Shown piece by piece: positions 40,801 through 52,800 of a stretch of 64,000 bases of DNA. The notes beneath the pieces were generated by a model. It was not told the origin of the DNA. It saw only the letters and a program-made list of their open reading frames with translations, and did not search any database. Position 1 is the stretch's first letter; each line of letters starts with the position of its first letter. This stretch comes from Paraspadella gotoi (taxonomy: Eukaryota; Animalia; Chaetognatha): contig CM119267.1 in assembly GCA_051294375.1 (NCBI GenBank), forward strand, positions 25,183,783-25,247,782. The letters are read 5' to 3'. A program made the translations under genes and the position numbers.

Positions 40801-43800
40801 TTTTTTAACTGAATTTTTCCAGGGACGCGTTGACATATTTGGTAGTCAGATTACTTAACAAAATCTCCATTGAAAAAGTCTTCCTCGATTTCTAAGAACG
40901 ACGATAGACTCCTAGATCTCTACTTTTTAAGATTATTTTTTATTTTGTGACTGATCGGTGCATTAAAAAAAAAAATTTAATTAAAATATTAACTTATAGA
41001 ACCTGGTTCTAACTATTAAATCAGATGCGACAAGCACTGATCAAAAAACCATCCTCTACCACCCAAAGAATCAATTGTCTCTTCATAATACGCTTCTTGA
41101 AAGATTTGAGCCACAGCTTCAGTTCAAAATTAAAATTTGCTGCAATATATAGAATAAAAATATATTCATATATGAGCTACAGCACGTTTAACACAAGAGG
41201 TTAAAAATACTTTTCTTTTGCTCTAAAATTCTGTTTGAGTGCTTAGTAGTTATAACTGAGTAATTACTTTAAAAAATCACTTGCTTCGTAACGGATAGCC
41301 ATGGATTAACCAAATTTATACCAATAGTTCTTTTTTCCATGAATAATTATTTACTTATAATATCCTCCATTTTAAAAGGAAAGTAGTAAATGAAAACGAT
41401 TTCTCCGATTAACACCAACGTTATTTACTTAGTGATGTATTATTAAAACGCCTGTGGCTCTTAACTGCGATTATTGCAAAAACAAAGGAAAAGGAAAATG
41501 TCCTGATCTGTCATCGGTAAATAGAATCGGTAGTGTCTAAACTCTCATCTTCGCGACGGTCGTTGGAATGGCGGCCCTCGCTACCACAACACTGTTTTGA
41601 ACCCAAAAGTTTTTCGCGCCCATTCTCACTTTAGATGGGTTAACGTTATTATCATTATCATTTACTACGTTCAGGTGAATTTTGTTCCTTTTTTTGTTTA
41701 TATATATTTAAAATAAGTTTTATGAAAATAAAAGCAATACAGATTAGTGATTACATTAACGGACCTCAGTATCGGCGACTCGTGCGTAGGGAGCTCGAAT
41801 GTCGATCGTCACATGAGACGGAGTTTGAGTCACAACAAACGTGGGAGTCAGCATTTCGCCAATATAAAGTTTTATTTGTATTCACATTTGAATTCTTTTC
41901 ATTTAGTATTATTTCGGGTAATTATTTATGAGCGGATAATGGTTGAAGACTGTAATATACGTATATAAAACTGAACAGGTTCATTCAAAAAAACAATAAA
42001 AAGTAACAAAACAGAACAGTCACAAAACTCGAAAGAATAAAGGCCAGGAAGTGGTTCAGGTTTACTTTTGTTTCTCAAACGGAAAATAAGTACCCAACAT
42101 TCGTCAAAAAAATATTTCTTCTGTCATCATGGATTCAGAGTTCGTCATTTCCTCATCTTCCTCTTCCTTTCCTCTTCCCTCTTCTTCTTCCCGTCGGCCA
42201 ATGCAGAAGATATTCCATCGAGTATTGGTTCCCATTGCAGATTCTCTCCAACCCTTCCACTTGGTCGTCAGCGTCTTTTGCAAAGAGGTCCACGCCGCCT
42301 TCAACGTTGGTGCCGTCGACGGCCGCCGCCTTCAGTTCGGGCCCCCGCCCATAAGCGTCTCCAGATCCACCGTAAATAAAATCCAAGATGCGGCGATGAC
42401 TCGGCGAGGCGGGCGAGGTGATCGAGGGAGCGGACGGATCCGGTGAGAGGGAGGGAGCGGCGACGAAGGCCACGTCGCCGGGAGGTGGTCGCTTCCAACA
42501 CGCGACACACTAGGGCCTCGTCGTTAAGTTTGAGAGCGATGACGAGGGCCTTGGGAAAGTCGGGCTCCGGTCGAAGCGAAGACAGCGGGCGGCCGCGGCG
42601 CGGCTGGAGTGCCAGAGTCCAACTCGAAGGGATCGAAGGCCGACGTCGCATCGAGGAAAAGATGACGAGGCCATCGGTGGCGCAGGGCGGCGAATTGCGG
42701 ACCCGTCGGCGAAAAAGCTACGCCCGCCACGCGCGCCTCTGTTTGAGCGGCGTTCGCGAGGCGTCGCCTGACCGGACGCCAGGAAGGGAAGCGTGTGGAG
42801 GAGAGGAGTCGACGAGAGAGAGGGACCCGAACTCCGTCATCTGCGGAAATAAAAGTAAAATAAAAATTCAATAACAATTGCGAGATAATGTAAAGTTAAA
42901 AAAAAAAATGTCAACATTGTGGATAAAAACGACTAATTTCAGTGATTTTAAACCCGCAACAGGTGGATGGAATATATTTTTTTTTACTTTCTTTAAGCAG
43001 GAAAGCGTCATTCAGCATAACAATAGTAATCATTTATTTGTTAGCGCTAATGTATCGAGAAATACCATATAGTCATCAGTAATCAACAAAAAAATAAGTT
43101 CTTATTTATATGTAAACATTCTGTTTTCAATATTTTTTTTAAATGGGTAAAATAACAAAATTGTTAAGTTAAAATGGGTAAGCACATTTTTTAAGATTTG
43201 TTTTTCAAATCTGGTTGTTAAAAAGTTCTAGGTAAGAAAGTTAAAACACGGTATGGATAGTTTAGAAGGGGAGAATATTAAAATTAAGTCTGCGTTACTC
43301 TGTTGGTTTTCCAGCTCTGAACAAATCTTTCAGTTAAATAGATGGTTAAAGAAATTCAAGCTACAATGAATCTACACTGATATTGAAGAGTTGCAGCCTA
43401 ACAACGACTGCAATAATATTGAATTAAAATTTGATTAGCAATCTTAAAAACATTTGTAAAAATGTAATAGAGAGACATTTTGATAAACGTGTTCCAGTTA
43501 GAAAAGAATTCAGGGTTAAAGTTAAAAATGTTTCATTTGCAAGGCATACAAGTTGAAATTTAAAATGTCTCTCTATTACATTTTTCTAATTCAGTAATTA
43601 AAAATTCATAAAAAAATACAGAATGGATGGCCTTTTCGTTTGACCTGCACTCTTCAGATAGGTTTCTTTTATTTTATATTATAATTAAAACCGATATAAA
43701 ATTGGGGTAGAATGCATCAAATGCTTAAAGTGAATACATTTTCGGAATCGCCAGGGAGCTCAGCTTTCTGAATTTGTACTCCATTTCAGCCTATTTTGAA

Positions 43801-46800
43801 GTTTAATTGAATGAACCCTTTTTCTTAAACAAATTTAAAGTTGACTTTGAATTTAAGCTTTTCGTTGAATCAATCTTGACACTATTGCCCAACAGCAATA
43901 CCCAACAATAAGGCCCTCACCTGTCTCCTGTCAGAAACTGAGAGACGGCGTCCATGGATTCGTTGCGCTTACTTGAAACCTCCGCAGCAAAAGGCCCTCG
44001 GCACAAGAGTAGAGGCAGACAAACGGCTATCCCCCGCGCCAAAAGGCAGTCCCCATCGGCCGAGAAGCAGAGACTCTTGAAAGGACTTTGACTTGGCCAC
44101 CGTCTTGCCGGAGATTTTGTCAGAGTCGCGTCGACCGTAGCCGAGATCGTGTCGTCCCTCGAATAGAACCGATTTGGGAGGCTGAGTCGGGGTCCACAGC
44201 AGAATCTTGAAGGAAAAGATAGGAATTTTATAGCAAGACAAGTAGACAACGATTTCGCATGAACAAAATTACTACATGAAACAAAGTAGCCTAAAAAAAA
44301 ATTTGAAATCTGTTTTATGGTCAGAAAAAATTAGCTCACCTGAGCGTCCAAAGTGGCGACGGCGATCTAGAGCGCCGTCCATCCTCCAGGCCAACGCCGT
44401 CCCGTCGCGACCAGGTTGAAGATCTCCTTGGATCCTTTGCTCTCGAAGACGTCCCACGTGCGGAGCGACTTGTCCCACGATGTCGAGGCCAGAACGGCGG
44501 CGACTGGGAAAACCCGAGTCCTGAGCGGGAGATATATTTAAAAATTGTGAGGATCGATGTTTTAATTTTTTTTTAATATTTTTTAAATACAATTTTAAAA
44601 TAATAACCGGAAAGCGGTGCTTGGTGGCCGGTGAGAATTTCGAGCAGACGTCCTGTCTGCAGAGACCAGACGAAGACGTCGAAGGCATCGAGTCCGCCGG
44701 CGGCGACGACGTCGCCCGACGGGTCAATCGCCAGGCATGAGAACTGTTGGAGAAAACATTTAATTATTAAAAAATGTAATTCTAGTCTGAATGTAAAAAC
44801 ATATCAGACCTATTGAGGTAACGCCGTGAGCGAGCTTGTGCATTCTGACTTGCTATTTGTTATATATAACAAATTAATTTTTATATATTTATTATCATGG
44901 ACATAATATAAGCGTGAGATATTAAGCAAGTAGAAGGGAGACTATTTCTAAAACATACAAAAAAATAAAACTTATTATAAAATATTCAACTTTAACCATA
45001 CGTTACTACCCCGTGAGCCAAATCCGATGATACAAAATAAAAAAAAACTGTACGCCAATAAGAAAAATTTATAATACCATTTAGAAAGAAAAATCAATGA
45101 CGTTTTTAAAAAAATTCAAAAAATTGCTTAAAAACGCTTTAAAACATTCTAAAAATGCTATCCATTTCAATAACAAAAAATCTTAAAAGCATAAGGATCG
45201 TCGCAATTGCATAAGAAAAATAATCTGGATTGACGACAAATTTTGATACTAAAAAAATCCAATTTGAGAAAAATAAAGAAAATTAAAAAAAAAAAAAAAA
45301 AATCCACGAAAATCTCGGATGTAAATTGGGAATAAATGGCGATAATAAAAGTTTTTAGAGGGAAAAAATTAATCAGAGAGAGAGAGAGTAGGAAGCCAAA
45401 TCATTTTCAGCAGCAGAGGCACCCAAAAAAAAAAAGAAAGATATCAAAAGGCAGCAGCAGAAGCAGCAAGAGAAAGAGAGAAAAAGAATAAGCCCCAAAG
45501 GAGCCAGCTGCAGACTCGTATTTTTCCCCTATGATTATGAATCAGTGACAAGGGAAAAGGAGGAGAGAGACATGTAATTTATTTTTCCGAATGGAACCGG
45601 GATTCTTCATGGTTCTTCCCCACCAACAAGTGAGCATCTGCTCTGCAAACGCGACAAAAAAAGAGAAGAGGAAATCCTCCTCTTCCCCGCCTTTTCTCTT
45701 CCCCTCCCGTACGCTACCTCAGTACGCCGTCACGAGACAGAATCACTCGTAACCAAGCAAACCAAGAGGGGAACCGCGAAGACTTCCGGTGAAGCACCAC
45801 GCCCACTTGACCGGACGTCGTAGAAGGGGGATGAGAAACCGCAAAAAAACCAGTCCATGGACGAAAACCGGGTTGAGAAACTGACGGCCGGACGAGGCAA
45901 CGGCCGAAAGAGCTGTCGGGCGATCAGACGGCGTCCTTTGACGTCCCTGGAGCCCCCCCCTACGCTTGGGAGGCGGTGAAGACTTGCGAGGCCGGTAGGG
46001 ACGGCGAGCGGGACTACGCGGACTGCCACGCCCACGCTTGCGGTGAGCAGAACAGGCGCAATTGTGTGGTGCCCCGGAGCGGAGAAGCGAAGAATGAACG
46101 CTTGAGTGACGTCTGTCTCCAAAAAGAATGCCGTGTAGGGCGGAGAACTGGACAACTGTCTTGAGATCCGAAGGGGCAGCGTCGACAACTAAGCGCCGAG
46201 ACTCGGAGAGAGCCAAACCAAAAATCGCCACCAAACCCAACGAGGCGTCCTCAAGGGGCTTGGCAAGATCGTCAAGGTGGCCTGCGTCCACTGCACCGGG
46301 CCCCTCGAGCAAAGGGCCTCGACCATGAGGCAGAGAGCGTCAGCGACAAAAAGGACAGCATGAGCGGACGCTCGCGCGTCTCTCATGATGCGCTCAAAAG
46401 CCTTGAAAGCGTGTCATCTTGGAGTCCTTCCGAACGGCGTCGAACTGAGCGGCAAGGCAACTCTCTTGAGCAGGAGGACGAAATTCTGCCGGCGAAGAGC
46501 AATCCGACCAGCACCTGAAACGCGTGTTGGCGGAAAACACGTCCCACGACGGTAAAAGAACATCGTCCTGGCCAACTCTGCGCAAGACCCTCCACTGCTG
46601 TAAGACCCACTCCGAAGGCTGTACAGAGGCACGACGAGACAGGAAGTTGTCAAACCCCTCAACAGACTCTTCAGAGGAACCCTCTTCTGATCCCGAAACG
46701 GAGGCATCGTCGTTGACTCGCGCAGGTGGGGCTCGACGAGGAAGGCGTGACACCCTCTGAGCGTGAAGGCCGATCCGCCGCCGAAGAGGCCGCCAAAGAA

Positions 46801-49800
46801 CACGAAGACTCCAAGTCACTGGCGCACAAACGAAGACCGACGAAGAACGGCGAATGGCAAACGGGCGTCCAGCATGAAGAAAATGTACATGGAAAAAAGA
46901 GAAATCATTGAAAAATGACAGTCTCAAAAAGAACCCCAAAAACCACCCCACCAAACAAGAACAAGCGAGCCTGAGCCGCCCTCCACCACCGTGGTGCCAG
47001 GGGTGGACAGTGGGTGGTTGTTGGTGGGAAGAACCATGAAGAATCCCGGTTCCATTCGGAACCATAAATTCTATCATGTAGTTCTTCTCCACCAACAAGT
47101 GAGCCTGTAACAAGACCAGGCGAAGGCCCGACAAAAACAAACAAAGTCGAGTTAGGTGGGGCACAGGAGGAAAATCCCTCTGTACGCCAAATGTACGCCA
47201 AAAAAAGGCGAAAAACCAAAAAAACGAAAAAAAAGAGAAATCGCCGAAGACTCTCCAACTCGGAACGAGAACGAGCGGCGAAACTCCTTAAATTTGCGAC
47301 GAACGCTAGAGAAAGCGTTGCTAATTTGGAGAAGAACTGCCTCCATCTGAGAAGGCACGGCCTCGGCCTGACCAGAACAGCCCGGAATGGCTGGCGGTGG
47401 AGGCGGCGGCGGAAGAGACATGAGGGTAGACGAGTTGAAAAACATGCGCCTCAGTCCAAAAAACGGAGAGTACTGGACAAACAAGGGGGCCGAAAACAAA
47501 GTTCTTCCCCCTGCAGCCGTACTGTGAGCACTGGGCAAACAAGGGTCGAGTCAAGGCTCTTCCCCCTGCAGCCGCGCAGTGTGCGTCGAGGCAAGCGAGA
47601 GGGCTGAGTCAAGGCTCTTCCCTCCGAAGCCAGCACAATGAAGACGGAGAAGATGGCGGCCGTGAAGAGAGAACTTCAAACAGCCACGTGTCGAAGAATA
47701 TCTGTATTCTGAACTTAGGAGTCTACGTCGTCTTAGAGATCGAGGAAGACTTTTTCAATGGAGATTTTCGTTCAAATCTGACTACCAAACAATATAAACG
47801 CTCCTGGTAAAAATTCTGTAAAATATCGATGTAAAAACACTTGATTCTGATCCTGTTGCATCTGAAGGGCTCGCATTTTTTTTCTCTTTTCAAATCATCA
47901 ACATCTTGATATCAAACAAGCTAGAACAAATAGACTGCTTCTGGACGGAAAAATTTTCCATCTCTGATTTATATAGAAATGAAAGGGATTTTTTTCCTTG
48001 AAAACGATATAAACGTGACTGAGGGATGTTCCTGTTCAACAAATGAGGTCCAATTTTGAATCCTTTGGCAAAGTGTCTGAAGGGCTCTCAAAATTTTTCT
48101 TTACATTTTATTGGTTATTTTGATATGATACGATCATGGTAAAGTGAATTAGTCCATTTTGGTGAAATTTTTATTTAAAGTAAAAGTAAAAGAGGAGCAA
48201 ACGATCGGAATTCTAAAGTTTCCAACCGGGAGTCAGATTCGGGAAAAATCTTCTATGGCGAAAATCTTCCAAAGAAGGGTGAATTTTCCGGAGATTTTGG
48301 TTAATATTTTCTATATTTATGGTCGGATTTTTTTGAAACTTAATATTAACAATATTGCCATCATTCTACCTTGGCCGGTATAAGAATATATTAAAAAAAC
48401 CTCAGGCTTTGTTCGTCAGAGCTTAGTCCTACTGAACTCCAAAAAACAGAGAAACGAAAAATATGCAGAATTATTCAACAAAAATAATCAAAAAATATAT
48501 TTTCAAAAAAAACCGAGAGACTGTGAGCGCAAAAGCGCGAACAGAAGAAGTGATTCTGTCTCGTGACGGCGTACTGAGGTAGCGTACGGGAGGGGGAAGA
48601 GAAGGCGGGGAAGAGAAGGCGGGGAGGAGGAGGATTTCCTCTTCTTTTTTCTCTCGGGAGATGTCGCGTTTGCAGAGCAGAAGCTCACTTGTTGGTGGGG
48701 AAGAACTACATGATAGAATTAAAAGAGAAAAGAGAGAGAGAAAGAAATATGAAAATAAAAGAGAGAAAATTTGTTTGTTTTGATAAAATATAAACGAAAC
48801 ATATTTAATAACTGTCCAAACTCAATTTTAAGCACATCGATGATGAGAAGCTGTATATAAATTTTCAGCTTCATATACCCAAATTTAATCATAAAAAAGG
48901 CGATCTATAATTTGGAACGCCAACGACGACGACGCCACTTATGGGCAAAAGCGTTATATATTTATAATTCTTTTTTAAAAATTATTTCATTAAGTTGGTC
49001 AAAAATGTAAAGAACTATATTTAAGATGCTGATTTTCCAGTTTAAAAATATAGTTTTTTTGTAATTTTAACATACTTAATGACATAATTTTCGAAAAAGG
49101 TTTATATTTTCTTTTATCAACTTTTTACGAGGAATCTGAATCTATTCTCAGAAATTTAAAAAAAGCATTTTAAAATTTTGACATTATATAAGGGTATTAG
49201 TATATACGAAATAAGCTGACTGGGCTACTATATTTGTAAAAAAAGAAAAATAACTACAGATTAGTATTTAGTATTTACTAATATGATAGTTTTCAATATA
49301 TAACTGCTAAAGTTTGATTACAAACTTTCACTTCACCCTAGTAGGGAACAGTCATAGGGACTGACCAATCAGCGAGCTCCGTTAAAAATACTTGATCAAT
49401 AAGATTCTTGGTAACGGCAAAAATGGCACCAAACAACCGAGAGACTATTTCGTAACAAATACAAATTTAGGAGGACTCTTTCCACAAAAGAGCCACCGAG
49501 ATTCCTGTCAAACCTGAACCGGTTTCGGCGAAGTGAGCGTCTTGAAGTTGCGGTACCGCTTTAGATCGAAGGCTCGAACCGTTCCGTCAAGCGAGGCCGA
49601 GAGGACCGCCTTTCCGTTAGGGACGAAGACAACGTCGACGACGCCGGCCGAGTGTTCCGAAAAGGTCACGTGACTGAATCCCGTCGCCGCCCGCCAGAGC
49701 TTGACCCTTCCGTCCGCCCCGCCGGTCGCCAAGTGGAGTCCATCGCGGGAGTAGGCAAGGCAGGTCATGTCGTCAAAGTGGCCCTTTGTTAAGAATTAAG

Positions 49801-52800
49801 TTATTTCCTGCTCCCCTCCTTCACCTACATAAAACGCGTCCAACTCAACTCACTTGCTGTTTGATGACATAAGTCTCGCTCTGCCACTCCCAGACCAAGA
49901 GCTGGCCAACTCCGCCGCAACCGAAGGCGATCCAGTCGCCGGTCGAGTTGAAGGTGACGGCGGCAATTTCATTGGTAGAGATTTGGAGTTTATGAATGAG
50001 ATCGCAATCTGCAGGAGAGAGAAGAAAAAATCAGTCAACTAAATACAGAAGGCTTCATATTATAAAATGTGGTACCCCTTTTTTGTGACCAGAATCTGTT
50101 CCCACCAAACTACAGGATCGAATTTCATGAAATTTTACATTTAGACTTCTAATGACAATATAAATGGAACTATCGAGGCGAATTTGAATATTCAACCCCT
50201 GACAAGAGATACAGGGCCCTGGGGCTGGACCTCTGGGGAACCAAAAAAGGCTAAACATTTTTTTTTCATTTTTTATAATTTCTTAGTAGAATCAGGTTCA
50301 TCGATGTTTTAAACATATAAAAATATTTTTTAAAACTAAAATTAATAAATTTTTTGCTAACTAATCGGTGTTTGAAGATGCATGGTTCATCGTTTTCTCC
50401 AAATTTTCCAGAATTATTCCAAATCTCACCTATGAACAGCTGATGTTCATGAAGCTGAAACTTATGGTAAACTAATATTTTTGTGGAAATAAATACATTT
50501 TGTCTGGGCAACTGTTCAAAAAAAAAAAAAAAAAAAAAAAAAAATTAAAAACGAATTTTGACCATTTTTTGCCCCATTTTTTGAGTGACCTCTACCGCGC
50601 CCCATATCTCGGCTAAGGGGTCAAATATTAAAATTCGCCTCGATATTTCTATTTGTATTCACATAGGGATCATTAATACCAAATTTCATTAAAATCTACT
50701 CAATAGTTTTCTCGGAACATGTTCTGGTCACAAAAAAGGGGTACCACATTTTAAAATATGAAGCCTTCTGTACAGTACTAAATGAATCCTTGACTGTTCA
50801 ATATAAGCTTTCACCCACTACGAACCCGGCAACTCGAAGAGTAAAAAGGCGCCGTTTTCGAAACCCGCTACCAAAATGCTCGTCGCTTTGTGAAAGTCGA
50901 CGCAAGTCACGGCCGAATCCCCAACGCCCTCCACCGTCAATTTGTGTTTGGCGTCGAGGGCGAACTTGAGGATGGACGCCAAGTTGACAGTCTTTTTTTT
51001 CGGCGCCGATTTCTTCATCCTTTTTTTATCTGGAGAATCGTCTTCTTCCTCTCTCTCTTCCTCGCTACTACTCTCTTCTTCTTCTTCTTCCTCCCCCTCT
51101 TCCTCCTCCTTTGCCTCCTTCGCCTTCTGGATTCCTCCCGCCGCCACCTCGGTAGTCCACGCCCTCAGCTGGCGATTGGCGGAAACGGTGTAGACGTCGT
51201 AAGAGTCTTTTGCGAAAAAGGCGCCGACGATGGCGTCCGAGTGGGCGCCGAGAGAGGAGACGCCGAGGCGGAGGATGGGCGTGGCCGCGGGAAGGACGCG
51301 TGACTGGGCGTCGCAAGATCCGACGACGACGAGACTCGAGTCTAACGACCAATCAACGCAAAGAAGATCGTCGACTCCGGCGTGAAAAGTGCGTTCCAAC
51401 TGAATAACGGAAATTGGGGAGGCGGAGAGACAGAGACAAATTAGACTGGACAATGTAGTGGGGTACGACCTGAAGGTAGAGTCAAAATTTCGACGATACG
51501 ATACCGGTTGAAACTTCAGACTGAGGATCGGCAGCCCCCGCGGAGAGAACCGCGCCAGAGTCAATTCGCTCCCTTTGTCCCTTCTTACCTCACCCAATTA
51601 TCTTACCTCAAAAGGATTAAACTCCCTCCTTCTCCCTGGAGCTTTAAAGATGAAGACGAGATTCTGTTGCAGAACCGCGAATTTAGATCCGTCGGGCGAG
51701 AAGGCGACGCCGTTGACGCGGCGGTGGAACCGGTGGACGCCGACCACCACCTGGCGGGGAGAGAAAGATTCTCAAAATAGTACGTTCAATATGTCATCCA
51801 TAAAAAAAACAAAACAAACAATATAAATAATAAATTAACAAAGCATAGTCATAGGTAAAAAAACGAATAAATTATAAGCATACAAAATTTTTATTTTGAA
51901 ATCGTTATTTCTGAATAGGTTATATGAAACATCATGGTTTTTCTTTATATATGAAAAATAAATCAATGCAAAATAATATTTGGTAGTTAGGATATGACTA
52001 AATATATGATAATGAAAAAAAATTAATATCAGATAGAGGGATGAGTATATTTCACTGGATTCCCCCATTTCTCTTCCCCATTCTCGCTCGAGACACCTTT
52101 TCTTCTTCCTCTTCCGCCTCTTTTCCTCCCTTTCCCTTCCTCCTCATCGAGCGACGACAGAAGAAGCAAAGAGAGAGATTTTAGTTCTGTCTTGGGTTCT
52201 ACTTCAGCTCGCGAGCTCCCTCTCAGAGAATATACTTTTTTTGCCTATTTTTTGGACTTTTCCTTTGACTTTACTCATAGAGAGATAGAGATGATGGACC
52301 CACCCATCAGTTAGAACATATAAATTTTTTTTTCTTATAATAGTGATGGGTTGATCTGAAATTTTATGTATGGCCAGAAAAGAGGTTAATTGAGCTTAAT
52401 CTTAAGTTTGGACAAAATCATTCTGGTAAAAATTAATTTAAATAAAAAAAACTATTTATTTTATTATTTTAAAAGGTAAAAATATATAATAACAATAACA
52501 ACAATATCCCTCTTTATTTTTCTATCTTTCTCTCTCTCAATCTATTTCTCGTTTTATTTTTTGATCTCTCATTCTTAACTTACCTTTTCTCCAAGCTCCT
52601 TACTTTTTATACTTTTACCATTCCAATTCATCTCCTCTATCTTTATACATTCATGTGAGCTTTGTTTTATTCATAAAACATAAACATTAAACATTTAATT
52701 TAAATAAAAAAAAATATTAATTTTTTTTTTAAAAATAAAAAAAATTGAACCGACTTATGCTCATTAAAAATTTTATTTCTACTCTAAAATAAAAGATATC

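Noticed and set aside
34340-47636. Many overlapping ORFs in the GC-rich DIRS interior as gag/RT/YR
   Set aside because: No YxDD, RNaseH or RHRY motifs recognised; frames differ between the two copies
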